The notes beneath the pieces were generated by a model. The model did no database searches. It was not told where the DNA came from and saw nothing but the letters and a program-made list of their open reading frames with translations. The translations under genes were made by a program, and so were the position numbers. A stretch of 63,854 nucleotides of DNA, counting the filler, from Aduncisulcus paluster (lineage: Eukaryota): assembly GCA_024181965.1 (NCBI GenBank). It is 15 parts of 15 records of this genome, joined end to end, with 100 filler letters (N's around TTAATTAATTAA, not from the genome) between each part and the next. Parts side by side here need not be neighbours in the genome. Positions count along the whole stretch, not along the records: positions 8,083 to 9,357 come from BQXS01000262.1; positions 9,458 to 23,865 come from BQXS01000263.1; 13 more parts are not named here. The stretch is one strand, 5' to 3'. Positions within the stretch are counted from its first letter, which is position 1, and every line of letters starts with the position of its first letter. This document shows, piece by piece, positions 9,076 through 21,700 of this stretch.

Positions 9076-10139
9076 CTTTCTTTTGTTTTAATATATTTTC
9101 CTTAGGTCTCTACTGCTACTATAGGGGTCACGGGCACTGTTGCTTAAACGATAGCCTATAGAACTGGAGTTCTGGCGGTCGTGTGCCTATTTTTTTAAAA
9201 CCTTGATTATACAGAAACTGTTGAGTAATAGCACATCTCCTACCCCCACCAAAAGAAATATCCCCCTTGCTCAGTCCATTCCAGGAGAACCATTTTTATT
9301 TTTCACCCACAATTTCAACCAACTCAGGGTGTTATTGCAGATACTCATCAAGGGCAANNNNNNNNNNNNNNNNNNNNNNNNNNNNNNNNNNNNNNNNNNN
9401 NTTAATTAATTAANNNNNNNNNNNNNNNNNNNNNNNNNNNNNNNNNNNNNNNNNNNNGATGGAGTGAGTTCATGCCACTCGGCAGTGAGTCGCAATCACT
9501 CAGAAATGAACTCATTCCATGAGTGTCGATAAGATATAAATTAAGTACAAACAATATAAATATTGTAAAAACTACTCTTTAATGGAAATAAACCTGGTTT
9601 TTTATGTGATTAATAGAGTTTTGCCTCTTTGACATTTTCATTTTTATCTTTGGTGAATATAGAACATGACTTTCCTAGACTCTAACTTATTTCTTATATA
9701 ATCTTCGTGAATATTATTATTATAATATTGTTTTCTGGTTTTCACCATCCTTTTAAGTCAATCTGAAACTTTTGTCAATATCCTCCGCTTAATGATGTTT
9801 TATTAATCATAAAATTGATAATTATTTGTATAATCTCAATAATCTATATGATGACGATGAGTTTTCTTGATATTATTAATCATATGGTCTAGTTTCAAAT
9901 GTTTTCCATTTTTGCATTTCTTCCAACCATTCACAAGTAATTCTAACATTTAGACAATATGTAGGTGAATTTTAAAAACGCGTTGTCGCATGTGAAGATT
10001 ATATTTTCATTCTGATTGAGTTTTACTGCCACTAATGTTGTTTCCCTCATCTCTCTTCAAGAAATTAAAGTTTTTCAAACAAGAAATATTTGATTTTGAT
10101 CAATATATTCAATTTATTCATTGATAATTCTCCCCCAAA

Positions 10140-13100
10140 CTAGTCAAGATCATCTTCATCGTATTCTTCCTCTTCCTCTTCAAACTCTGGTAGTATCATC
10201 TTTTTAAGCTCATACCACAATACACTTCCTTTCATTCCACTCTCTTCCACCGCATTGATTATAATTTGAAGAGCCTCTCCAAGATCAACATCTGAGTTCT
10301 CCATAATCGATTTATATGCTAAAAATAGCATTTTGTGAGAAATTATCTCGCTTGACTTTTTATCTGCATTAAGAATAGTGGAGAATATCTTTGTTTCATG
10401 AGATAGAGAAGGATAACCTGTGAATATCGTCTCAGAGAGTTTCCTCAAAGGTTCTATCAATAGGTCTGAGTGGAAAGAGCAAGAAGCAAAGAAAGATGAG
10501 TGGATATCGAGCATTCCAGAACATACAAGGTCGCTATTAACAATGTGAGCGATATGGTCAGAGTTTCCTTCCACCAACGATGAATAAAATGAGTAAAAAT
10601 AGCTCGTAAGTTGAGAAACACACNNNNNNNNNNNNNNNNNNNNCATTCCACTCTCTTCCACCGCATTGATTATAATTTGAAGAGCCTCTCCAAGATCAAC
10701 ATCTGAGTTCTCCATAATCGATTTATATGCTAAAAATAGCATTTTGTGAGAAATTATCTCGCTTGACTTTTTATCTGCATTAAGAATAGTGGAGAATATC
10801 TTTGTTTCATGAGATAGAGAAGGATAACCTGTGAATATCGTCTCAGAGAGTTTCCTCAAAGGTTCTATCAATAGGTCTGAGTGGAAAGAGCAAGAAGCAA
10901 AGAAAGATGAGTGGATATCGAGCATTCCAGAACATACAAGGTCGCTATTAACAATGTGAGCGATATGGTCAGAGTTTCCTTCCACCAACGATGAATAAAA
11001 TGAGTAAAAATAGCTCGTAAGTTGAGAAACACACTCATCGAGGTTTAAAATACGGTTAAATTGCTGAAGAGCATGGATAAGCTCGGAAGAGAGACCAACT
11101 TCCCCAACAAAATCAGTCACACGGTGCTGAACGAGCAACGCGAAACTCTTCAGACACACGCAAGCAGAAGCTGTCACGATTCGTTTTAAAGAAGCGAGAG
11201 AAGAATGTTTCTCAATTGATTTCATAACAATTCTAAAAATAGATGGAAGAGAAACAATGAGATTTACCAGGAATGCATGATCATCCCAATTTGCACCGAA
11301 TGTACTCGTTTCAAGAGCTTCAAAAGGAGAAACAAGAGTTTGGGAAAGAGATAGGGAAAATGAACAAATAAAAAACACAAATATTCCAATTGATTTCTCA
11401 GAGATCCCATCATATAATTTTGAAGATGTTTGGAAGGAGGCAGTAGCCAAGAGTTGTTTTGAGCATATACTAAAAATAGGATCTTTCTCAAAGAATGATT
11501 CCAAAATAGAATACTCAAAAAGTGGATGAATACAATAAAATGAAGATGAAGGAAGAATTTTTGAAACAAACTCAACCAGCTCTTCCTTGGAAAGTTTTTG
11601 AACTGAATTCTCATGAATTGACTTCTCATTGCCGGCTTTTCTATCGGTTTCCGACGATTCTTCGGCAGCCAAAGCACTGTACAAGTCAAACGAACCTCCA
11701 CCGGTCTCTTCTTTGCCTTCATCGGAGTCACATCCAGCCTGACCCCAAGGAAGCCCAAAAGATTGCTGGAAAAAGCGATTTCCATCTATATCTTGAGAAA
11801 CAATAGAAAAAGCAGAACTTTCTAAATATAGACCCTCGGCATGATCGAATAATTTATGTTTCTCACTGTTGTTCCCACCCATCAACCATAATCTTCCAAG
11901 GTAAATCCCTGCATTGATGGGGTTTGAATTAGAAGATGGTGACTGAGAGATTTTTGATATTGAAGTCCTTCTCAACTGATCTATTTCTATTTTTGGAAAT
12001 GAAGAAGGTATCTTCATCATAGATTCCTTTCGGGAAGGAGATGGATAATTGGTGCTAAAACCAACCAAAGATGTATTCAAAATACAAGAAAAACACTGAG
12101 AACAAGCAAGGTGCTGTTTAACAAGAGTTTTAATCCTACTTCGATCGTATTTCTTTGAGTTGAGCACTGCAACACATATATATATTGAGAAAGAACTTTT
12201 GAGGATTAATTCTTGTAATTTGTGGATTGGAATGTTCCTAAATGCACTATTGGTGGCAAGCAATGCCAAAGGAGATTTTAGCGAAAGATATTCTTTGTAT
12301 TTACCATTAACATCACTGGATGACATTTCCTGCCTTTTCTGTGCTTTTTCTGATAAGATAGTTGGATCTTCATAGTCTCGACAGAACAAAGTCAACAAAA
12401 TATTTAGCATTTCACAGCAACATTGAGATATAATTCCAATAATACCCATTTTTAGGTCATTTCTCTTCAATAGGGGGTAAAATACCATTGAAAATAGTAC
12501 ATTTCTGTCATCCTTTATCACCCTATCAAGACTTGAGAGAGCTTCTCCATCAGTTTCGAAGGAATGACCCTTAGAAACCAAATCCACAGCAAGAGAAGAG
12601 AGAAATTCTATCGTCGATTCAACCTCTGAGGAGATAAATAGGACAGTAGAAATGCCAGCGAATATGACGGAAGGAGAAAATGAACAAGAAAGGACACGTG
12701 AAAGGGCAGGAATAGTTATGGTATTGATAATGGTTGAAGAGGAAGACGAAATGACACAAGAAAAATAATAGAACAAATGCATTGTAAATGGCATTTTTTC
12801 ATTGTATAACCTGGGAAAATCTTTTTCAATCGAAGCCAACAGAGCTGCATCTTCAATAGTTTTACCAATTATATCCTTCTCTTTTGACTCACAGGACAAT
12901 AAATATTTTGAATTATTTCTTTTGTTTCTCAGATCATGAATGAACACCCAAAATAGACTGACCAAAACCTTTGCACACACATATTCACACAGAGCAATAT
13001 CCTGTGTATGAAGTGAAGAAAAGCAATTGGGATTTCCCCTCTCCATCACAGATCCTTGGATTCGAGAACATTGGCATAGAATGCCTTCAATAATCCCATG

Positions 13101-16100
13101 TAGAGCCACAATCCATTGTGAAGGGGTGAAATGTTGAGCCTGGGAGAGCAGAAAAGAAGAGTTGGATAACGGTTGTGAGAGAGGAATGATGGGGGAAGAA
13201 GAAGAGGATGGGGAAGAGGAAAGGAAAAATGGGAGATGAAGAAAGCGTGGGAAACATAAGAAGAGAGGAGCAGGAGAAGTCGAAATGTATTTAAGCATGG
13301 AAGCAATATGCTCTGAAATAACGAATCCAAGAACATGTTTTGTTAACTTATAAACACTTCCCTGACCAAGAGACACGATAATGTTAGGAATCTGCATAAT
13401 GGAAGAAGAATTAGATGTTGGACTGGACGATTGAGACAAGTTTTTAGTAACAATTGAGAAAGGAGATATTCGACGCCTTATCTTCCTCGAATCATCATGA
13501 GATATTAATTCAGAAATAGAAAAAGAACCAGAGCATTGTTTGTAACTACATGCTATATTTAGGTACACTTGCAACCACTGAGAAATAAAAGCACTCTCAG
13601 ACACATCAAGAGAGGGGGAAAGGATGAACCTGGAAAGATCTGAGGAAATGATGTGCAAACTTGACTCAAGAACATCAGGAATAAGATCAGATAATTCATG
13701 AGACAATGCTTTCTTGGATTGGCTTGAGGAATGAGTCATCGGTATGCGAGCCGAGGATGTTTGATATAGATTTCTAAAAATAGAACATTCAAGCACTGTA
13801 TGAATAAACGCAAAAAGCCAAGGAGCAATTATTTTCCTTGATGATCTCCTCTTTCCACTTCCAACAGTAAGACCTGCAGAAACACTCAATATATTAAATT
13901 TATCATTCATGACCGTGAAAGCTTGATGCAAAAAAGAGAGAGATAATAGGAGACTCTCTGAGATATAGGCACCGACGTGAGATACATTATCACTTGAAAT
14001 ATCATAAGATTCAGGTTCTATGTGGGAATGAATTCCAAGGTTCAAGCCCCACCGACTGCATATTTCGTGATAGACCATTATAACACATATACATTCACGA
14101 ATACAGTCACAAATGGCCTGAATCATGGATAATATCACTGGAAATAATGTGGATAGATCCGAGCAAGAATAACAAACCAGATATAGCAAATATGACGCTT
14201 TGACACAACATTCAAGATCGATATAACTCACAGAATCTCCTTGTTGAATAGGATTTTCAAATAAAGAAATAAATCTATTTTTGGATATCGGATTGACCTT
14301 TGAGAATAAGTTATTCATTTCTTCCATATAATATTCTTCTTTCCATTTCCTTGTTTTCTTCCACATCTTAGCAACAACTCTTCTCCATTCATCTAAAAAT
14401 AGACGTGCAATCATTGATGGAAGAAATTGCATTCCAAAAATAAGTTGTTCGAGCCCAACAGATCTAAATACATTATCTCTGAAATACTCAGCCGACACTG
14501 ATTTCCAGAGTGAAGTAATATCTATTTTTGGATTATACGCTTCAAATCCTCCATGTATAATCATATTTTGAGCTCTTTCCGACCAATTATTGATATTTTG
14601 AGGTGTGCATTGTGCTAGAATTTGTCTCAGGGAGTCTGGACCTCCATGAAGAGATATAGAGATTGATAAAACATCGTGATACAACGAAGGAGTACCCACT
14701 GCTGTGTGTTTCCTCAGGGCTTTTCTAAGCCGTTTCAGGTGTTGTTGCTGATAGGCATTTAAATCTATAAGAGATGGTTGTTTTAACAATGATATAATTC
14801 GGGAAAGATTAGGTAATTCTGTCGACCTTGCAATCATTTCTTTATGTTTTGGGGATATAATTCCAATTCTTCGAGCTTGAGAAGATACGGATTCAGAATG
14901 AGATGACACCGATATGGAGTGGAGAGATGAAGAAGGGAGGAAAGAAGAGAATACGTTTGGAGTCGAACGATGAAAGGAAAGAGAAGGCGAGCGAGAAGAA
15001 AGATGTGAACGACGAGTTTTATCCACTTTGGTTGATTTCTTAGTAACCTTTTCACTTCCATCATCCTTTGTCATATTATTGGAAATGAGACGGTCAATTT
15101 GAAGAGATCTGAATAATTTTGAGAGATAATGATAACAATAAGAGGTTGCAAGGGAGCAAATAATATCGAATGAGAATGTTGTATTATGACGAGACGGCAA
15201 GAAAGTTGACGAGGAAAAAGCATGAGATTTTCTCAAAGTGTATAAAACAGATCTTTGACTATAAATAGAAATCTCCCCAAATGGAATCAGTGGAGAAGAG
15301 GACTGTGTGAGAACATCCTTAAATAGAGATGATGAGAAAATAATAGAAAACAGAGTAATATCATCATTTAAATTAGGAGAAGATCTTAAACCTGTATAAT
15401 CTTGTACGTGTATACTTGCGGGAAGTAATTCTTTGGGAGGATCAAGGAAACATCTCATCGATTGACACATCAATTCCCACCAAATCCAATACATTCCTAC
15501 ACATTGCAAAGGTTGATGTTGTTGTGAATTTCTATTTATAGAAGCAGATTGAGAATCTCCAGATTTGGAATCTGGACTCTTTGTATCAGTTTTGCATGAA
15601 ACAATGAGTTCACCAAGAGCGGTCAATTTAGCACATAAATGGAGTGCAAACAACGAAAACTCTGATGGGGTGGAAAATATTGAGAATGCCGGAATAACAC
15701 AAGAAGACGACTCATCCTCCAATTCAGATATCTTCTTTATATAGACACTTGAGAAAGATGATAGGTATGATCTTTCCTCATTTCGGGGTATTATTGATAA
15801 TGGCGGCAACACACTGCCTTCATTTGATTGTCCTGAAGAAGAAGAGGAAGTGATACAGTGTGATGAATCGTGTGTAGGTATGGAAAGAGCGATAGACGCA
15901 TCAAACGAGGAAGAATCGATTGAGATATTCTGAACGGGTGAGGAAGAAGTCGAAAATGCCAGTTGAGATTGAAGAGCATATGGGTTGTGAACACCTTGAG
16001 CATCATCTTTGGCTCGTATTTGAGGTGATCCAAAGGGAACAGACTCTCCAGATGTGAGTAAAATTGAGTGATCCTGTGAGGAGGAAGTTTGTGATGTATA

Positions 16101-17504
16101 ACTGGATATTGATGGCATTTCATCAAATGTCTTAGATCCACTGATCTGATTCGAATTCTTTTTCGTGGATGAACTGTTGCCCTCGATTTGAGAGAGAATT
16201 TCTTGCACAGTGATGCAATACAGTGGAAATATCTGAGCAAAAACACTCTTTTTCCCTCCTTTGAATACCTGAGTCAAAAGAGAAAGAATATAAGGATGGG
16301 ATAGAAGAGAAAGAAGAAGAGAGGAGAAGAGGTCACAGAGAGCAGGTGAAAATGAAGAGAGCTCGGAGAAGACGCTTGGTAGAAATAGACTGTTAAGATC
16401 CATCTCTTCTGTCCCACTTGTGGAGGTTGACTGGGGAGATGGATGTATATACGATTGGATTGGATGTGATTTGGTCTTGTTGATATATTTTAGTACGAGG
16501 CTTCCATGAATTCCATCAATGATACACATACTGGAGCCACACACAGTCGAACATAAGCACATTGACAGAAACCACGAATGCCAGAACAAACTTTGCAACG
16601 GAGACAAAGACGAACTCTTTGATGAATGCGACATTGAATCCGGTATCGATTCTTCCGAATCATCCTCTTCGTCATCCCATCTCTTCTTCCTGTCCTTCTC
16701 CCTTTTTCTTCGACCACGAATAGAGGACTCATTTGTCTCAGGATGTGTTCTATTTTTAGATTGAGAAAGACTTCCAGATTTAGCCATTTCTATCCTTTCA
16801 TGATGAATGCACAATGATAGAATATGGAGCAATTTATGAACAGAATGGAGATGTTCCGGAGTCTTTTTTTGAGTAATAAATGATAATACGGGATAAATTG
16901 ATGATTTTTGCGAGAAAAATGTCACAAGTCCCGATATTAGGGGAGAAAACGTTGTTGGGGAAATCAAATGTGGGAGTTCTTTTTGATGTGAAATAATGGT
17001 TTCTAGAAGTTCACTTTGTGATGATACTGTAAATTTTACCTTTGAAATGTCATATTCAGGAATAGAAATGGAAGGATTTGAGAAAGAAGAAAAGGAAACA
17101 GTGGCATCAAGAACATGACATAAAAGAAGTTTATATATGGCGTTATCAATGATAATAGCACTTATTTTATCATGATCATCGGGATTCAAAGCAACTGAGA
17201 GGATGGAAGAAAGGAAATCATCCACACATGAGAGAGGAGGTCTCGAAGATACTAAATGACTCATATTACATCCCATAGTCGCCAAGTTTAGATAATACAA
17301 TGATTTATCATGAATTTTTCGTTGTGAAAAGGAATGAAAAGATTTCAAGAAGGATTGGCGAGAAGAAGAATCAATTCCAAGTACTCGTCGAAATGAAAGC
17401 AAGGACTCATTTCTCTCAGATATTTCTAAAGATATAATAAGCGAACATATGATTCGATCAAGTAGAAAGGGCGGCACGACTTCTCTTTCATGGGGAGAAA
17501 ACAC
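10140..17504 (-). CDS. Very large Ser-rich hypothetical protein (about 2300 aa after removing the gap duplication)
   Basis: 7.3-kb uninterrupted ORF; no recognisable domain; true start uncertain; 10233-10623 is duplicated across the N20 gap. Confidence 0.75.
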   Translation of the reverse strand: MFSPHEREVVPPFLLDRIICSLIISLEISERNESLLSFRRVLGIDSSSRQSFLKSFHSFSQRKIHDKSLYYLNLATMGCNMSHLVSSRPPLSCVDDFLSSILSVALNPDDHDKISAIIIDNAIYKLLLCHVLDATVSFSSFSNPSISIPEYDISKVKFTVSSQSELLETIISHQKELPHLISPTTFSPLISGLVTFFSQKSSIYPVLSFITQKKTPEHLHSVHKLLHILSLCIHHERIEMAKSGSLSQSKNRTHPETNESSIRGRRKREKDRKKRWDDEEDDSEESIPDSMSHSSKSSSLSPLQSLFWHSWFLSMCLCSTVCGSSMCIIDGIHGSLVLKYINKTKSHPIQSYIHPSPQSTSTSGTEEMDLNSLFLPSVFSELSSFSPALCDLFSSLLLSLLSHPYILSLLTQVFKGGKKSVFAQIFPLYCITVQEILSQIEGNSSSTKKNSNQISGSKTFDEMPSISSYTSQTSSSQDHSILLTSGESVPFGSPQIRAKDDAQGVHNPYALQSQLAFSTSSSPVQNISIDSSSFDASIALSIPTHDSSHCITSSSSSGQSNEGSVLPPLSIIPRNEERSYLSSFSSVYIKKISELEDESSSCVIPAFSIFSTPSEFSLFALHLCAKLTALGELIVSCKTDTKSPDSKSGDSQSASINRNSQQHQPLQCVGMYWIWWELMCQSMRCFLDPPKELLPASIHVQDYTGLRSSPNLNDDITLFSIIFSSSLFKDVLTQSSSPLIPFGEISIYSQRSVLYTLRKSHAFSSSTFLPSRHNTTFSFDIICSLATSYCYHYLSKLFRSLQIDRLISNNMTKDDGSEKVTKKSTKVDKTRRSHLSSRSPSLSFHRSTPNVFSSFLPSSSLHSISVSSHSESVSSQARRIGIISPKHKEMIARSTELPNLSRIISLLKQPSLIDLNAYQQQHLKRLRKALRKHTAVGTPSLYHDVLSISISLHGGPDSLRQILAQCTPQNINNWSERAQNMIIHGGFEAYNPKIDITSLWKSVSAEYFRDNVFRSVGLEQLIFGMQFLPSMIARLFLDEWRRVVAKMWKKTRKWKEEYYMEEMNNLFSKVNPISKNRFISLFENPIQQGDSVSYIDLECCVKASYLLYLVCYSCSDLSTLFPVILSMIQAICDCIRECICVIMVYHEICSRWGLNLGIHSHIEPESYDISSDNVSHVGAYISESLLLSLSFLHQAFTVMNDKFNILSVSAGLTVGSGKRRSSRKIIAPWLFAFIHTVLECSIFRNLYQTSSARIPMTHSSSQSKKALSHELSDLIPDVLESSLHIISSDLSRFILSPSLDVSESAFISQWLQVYLNIACSYKQCSGSFSISELISHDDSRKIRRRISPFSIVTKNLSQSSSPTSNSSSIMQIPNIIVSLGQGSVYKLTKHVLGFVISEHIASMLKYISTSPAPLFLCFPRFLHLPFFLSSSPSSSSSPIIPLSQPLSNSSFLLSQAQHFTPSQWIVALHGIIEGILCQCSRIQGSVMERGNPNCFSSLHTQDIALCEYVCAKVLVSLFWVFIHDLRNKRNNSKYLLSCESKEKDIIGKTIEDAALLASIEKDFPRLYNEKMPFTMHLFYYFSCVISSSSSTIINTITIPALSRVLSCSFSPSVIFAGISTVLFISSEVESTIEFLSSLAVDLVSKGHSFETDGEALSSLDRVIKDDRNVLFSMVFYPLLKRNDLKMGIIGIISQCCCEMLNILLTLFCRDYEDPTILSEKAQKRQEMSSSDVNGKYKEYLSLKSPLALLATNSAFRNIPIHKLQELILKSSFSIYICVAVLNSKKYDRSRIKTLVKQHLACSQCFSCILNTSLVGFSTNYPSPSRKESMMKIPSSFPKIEIDQLRRTSISKISQSPSSNSNPINAGIYLGRLWLMGGNNSEKHKLFDHAEGLYLESSAFSIVSQDIDGNRFFQQSFGLPWGQAGCDSDEGKEETGGGSFDLYSALAAEESSETDRKAGNEKSIHENSVQKLSKEELVEFVSKILPSSSFYCIHPLFEYSILESFFEKDPIFSICSKQLLATASFQTSSKLYDGISEKSIGIFVFFICSFSLSLSQTLVSPFEALETSTFGANWDDHAFLVNLIVSLPSIFRIVMKSIEKHSSLASLKRIVTASACVCLKSFALLVQHRVTDFVGEVGLSSELIHALQQFNRILNLDECVSQLTSYFYSFYSSLVEGNSDHIAHIVNSDLVCSGMLDIHSSFFASCSFHSDLLIEPLRKLSETIFTGYPSLSHETKIFSTILNADKKSSEIISHKMLFLAYKSIMENSDVDLGEALQIIINAVEESGMXXXXXXXCVSQLTSYFYSFYSSLVEGNSDHIAHIVNSDLVCSGMLDIHSSFFASCSFHSDLLIEPLRKLSETIFTGYPSLSHETKIFSTILNADKKSSEIISHKMLFLAYKSIMENSDVDLGEALQIIINAVEESGMKGSVLWYELKKMILPEFEEEEEEYDEDDLD

Positions 17505-17887
17505 CTTTTTTAATAGAATCTAATGAGAGATCAAAACATTACAAATAAAATAAATGGCCTGTAAAATACGAATAAAACACTACAAAAATAATTATTTGTT
17601 AATAGATCAAATTCTACATACAAAGAGTGTTTCTGGATCAGAAAGAATTATAGGAGCTGAAATAAAGCCTCTATCAAAATTATATGCTAATCTTGAACAA
17701 ACTTCCAATATCATTATTTTATCTAATCATCTATATGCAGAGAAAGATACGATTTTATTGATTTAGCATATTTTGATCGTTGATAATACCCTAATTAATG
17801 TTAATAAAGTTAATAGATAATAATTAATGAATAGGAAAGAATAAAATCAAATATGGATGATAATATTGTTCAGAATCTTTTATTGAT

Positions 17888-18384
17888 TTATTGCTCCTCT
17901 TCAACCTTCACGGCACGCTTAAGGATGGCCTTACGGGAGTCACCCTTGAAGCTAATCTTTGTGATAACAACGTTTGAAGGGTGGATGGGAATAAGGTATT
18001 CTTGCTTGTTGGGCTTCTTCTTGTCACACTTCTCGACGAAAATGGCGTAGCTAGCACGAGCAACACGAACAACCTTACCCTCGTTACCCTTGAAACGACC
18101 GGAAATAACCTTAACCTCGTCATCAATACACACGGGGAGGGAACGACGACCGTGCTCCTTCCTCAACTCGGTGGAAAGACGGGAAGACATACGGACACGT
18201 CTCTCATGGGAGGGGGCATTAAAGTGTCTCTTTCTTTGCACACGGGCACTGGAAGTAGCGGCTATAATAATGAAAAATAGAAAAATCAACAAAAAAACAT
18301 TCAAAAACGGAAAATAATATATATAATAAGAAAAACACTACCATTTAATTAAAAATAAATGTATTTTAACATACATCTGAACAT
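17888..18384 (-). CDS. RPL26: 60S ribosomal protein L26 (uL24), two exons (18384-18375, 18261-17888)
   Basis: RKRHFNAPSHERRVRMSSRLSTELR, KOW motif and IHPSNVVITK. Phase-1 intron 18374-18262 (GTATGT...TATAG) gives the start MFRSATSSAR. Confidence 0.95.
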
Positions 18385-18751
18385 CACAAACTCCAGAAGA
18401 GCTTTTTTCTTGATGCTGAAAAAAGGCCAGAAATAGACTGTGAGAAAGATTGTGTTTCCAGTATTATGTAATGAATTTATTTATGATTTCTTAAAATATT
18501 TCAACTCATTTACAAGATGTAAAAAAGATCATTATTCTAGAAAATTTGTGTGATGCATTCAACCATTGAGATGCATGATTTTTAAAAAATCGATGATTCA
18601 GGTGGAAGTAGTTGTAATTCTGAAAATAAAATCAATAAAAATCTTGTAAAACATTGCTTAAAATAAAAATAATATATTATGTATAATATTATGTAAAGGC
18701 ATTCTGAGAACACCATTTGCAGTCGGTTGAAGTAAAACTATTAAATAATAT

Positions 18752-21700
18752 TTACTTCTTTGCTTCTTTTGGCCTCGTTAGAGCATAGAACGTGGGAACA
18801 TCATCAATGAATTCTGGTTCAGACAAAACTTCCGATATCAGGAGATCTTGCTCAGAATATTCCGAATATTCATCACTTTCTTCTTCTATCTGGCTATAAT
18901 CATATTCATTCTCACTGTTCGATTCAATAAAAGCCGGATCTCTCTCAGATTCTTCCTCTTCCTCTCTCTCTTTCTCTCGGGAAGGGAATAATCCCCAATG
19001 CATGGGTTCAAGCCCTTGATTCGTAGACCATTGTTTGTACTTGTCACCAAAGGTTTTAAACCAGTCTGCGAGTAATGATGGCCGTTCTTTGCCTTCACTT
19101 CTAAGTAAAGCAGATGTGAGTGATTCATCGAGTGGATAGTCCAAAGAACCTAAAAAATGCCAAAGTTGTTTTGAATGTCCATACAATTCTTTCTTGATTC
19201 TCAATTGCTTTGCATCTTTTCGAGCCTTACGATTCATCTTTCGGATCTTCGCCGATCGTTTCTTACGTTCTGCTTCCTTTCGTCTTTCTTGTTGATACCA
19301 TTGTTCATCAATAATCAAACTGTCTTGACCATTCTTCTTTCGCGATTGTTGTTCCTGACTCTTGTTAAGGGCACCAATGCGTGATACAAGTGTTGAAAAT
19401 GTTGGAAGACGTTTTGTTGCTTCTGCTCGACTAGATAAAGAAGATAGAGAAGACTCAGACTCTACGTGATCATCATGGAGGGTGGCATTCCTATGATATT
19501 GATTTCGAGATAATCCCATCGCAATCTCAACGTTATCTTGCACAGTATCACTCCATATCTCAGTGAAAGAAGAAGGGAGGGAAGCAAGGCTCTTGTGTGC
19601 ATCTATATGTGTCTGCGAATCCTTTGATTTATCTCCTCTCTTATCCTTAGTAGTGACACTATCTGACATTTCACTCTCTTGGTCATCACCTTGTTGAGAG
19701 CTTGACTCACTTCCAGCCTTTTTAAACGATGGAGATTCTTTTTCTTGTTCATCTTGTTCATCTTGTTCATCTATTCTTGACTCAATTCCTATCATATCTC
19801 CAACAATACGATCTTGTTTATCAACTCTGTGATTGATCGAATCTCCATTAGATACATCAATGTCACCATAATCATGTGGACCGAAGCTTTCATCCTGACT
19901 TTGAGCTATATAAGGGTCATTTGGTTCAGGATTGTCTAAAGCTTTGTCCAGACTTTGATGTGATACTATACCATCATGGATATCCTTATCATCGTGTTTA
20001 TCATCGTGTAGATCCTTATCAGAAGGTTTCTGAGATATATCTGGGAAAATATCTTTCTTCTGATTCCCTTGTTCCCTGTCCAATCGTATCTCCTTTCCTT
20101 CTGTATCAGTTTGATTCGAATACCCATACTTCATCATGATATCAGTGGCACCAAGGAGATGCGATTCATCACATACAGGGTAAGAGGGGGGAGAAGGAGA
20201 ATGCCGGAAAGGGATATGATAATAACCATGATTATGGGATTTGTGATTATATGGATGGACAGTATAGCCTTTTCTCTGGCCAAAAGATAGTTCAGTGCTC
20301 ATCCGATGTTCCCTTTCACGGGACTCTCTCCTTATTTCATTGATATCTTCCTTCAGGGACATTGTATGCATTAGTAAAGGGAATATCATCGACGAGTATG
20401 AAGGATTCAGCCTGATATCGGTGGAATTCTCCTTTTTTGATCTAGTTTCATAGGCAGAATGGGAAGGTTTTTTGTGCCTTGAAGACAATAAAAGGGAATC
20501 GGAGGTTTGAGCTGATGTGTTGAGTTTTATGGGAGTAGCAGATATTTTTGTCGAACTCTTAGAAACATCAATACCTCCAAGAGCAATTGATTTATCCTTG
20601 ATCTGTACTGCATTATCGGATATTTGATCCTTATTAAGATCAGAGCCAGGTGGAATATTCTCTTTATCTGGNNNNNNNNNNNNNNNNNNNNAATTCTCCT
20701 TTTTTGATCTAGTTTCATAGGCAGAATGGGAAGGTTTTTTGTGCCTTGAAGACAATAAAAGGGAATCGGAGGTTTGAGCTGATGTGTTGAGTTTTATGGG
20801 AGTAGCAGATATTTTTGTCGAACTCTTAGAAACATCAATACCTCCAAGAGCAATTGATTTATCCTTGATCTGTACTGCATTATCGGATATTTGATCCTTA
20901 TTAAGATCAGAGCCAGGTGGAATATTCTCTTTATCTGGAAAACTCACAGCTCTTAGGAGAGTAAACTTTCCTTGAGAGTGAGAGCTTCTCATGGATAACG
21001 AGTCAAGATCGTTATCCACATCTGGGGATAATAAAAGACTGTCCTCACCCATAACTCCACTAAGGAGGTGTTTAGGACCAGACTGGGCGTCACTAACGTG
21101 TCCATACTCATCAATATCTAGCATTTCAATGGTATCCTTATGTCCATCTTTGCTGATTCTCTCAGATATTGTCTTATCGGTCGTGGTACTATATCTCTTC
21201 GGACGTAAAGGAGTCCGTGAAGCCCAACCGCTGAGAGAATATCTCTGATCTAGGGTCCTGGGAGGAATATCTATCACTAAAGGGGAGTCTATTCGTGTAG
21301 ACTGTCCATATTTTGACTGTTGTCTTGGATTTGAAGTAAAATCTCTCAGCCGAAGTGATGTTGGAAGCTTGGGTAGAATCCCATCGATAGAAGTAAATGG
21401 AGATTCGTCTGATCTTGTCTGTGGATTATGACCAACGATTCTCTTCTCTCTCTTTGATCGAAATGGAATAGTAACCTCATTGAACACAGGGCAAGGAGAA
21501 GCTGACACATCGACCGAAGAAGAAGATGGGGAGGAAGAGGAGGAAGAGGAGGAAGAGTGAAGATGTTGTCTAAGAGATCTGTCAGAACGATGAGAACGAT
21601 GATATGAACTTTGGAAGTCAATTTGTGTCAGATGAGGATCATGGAAAGGAGAGGCTGCTGATATCCTTGGAAATACTTCCTGTTTTACAGATAAAGAATG

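Noticed and set aside
10233-11034. Direct repeats flanking N20 gaps (10233-10623/10644-11034, 20425-20671/20692-20938, 31757-32068/32089-32400, 47519-47819/47870-48170, 48855-49119/49140-49404) that look like internal protein duplications
   Set aside because: Each pair is (near-)identical and abuts a 20-N gap: unmerged contig overlaps from scaffolding, not biology.
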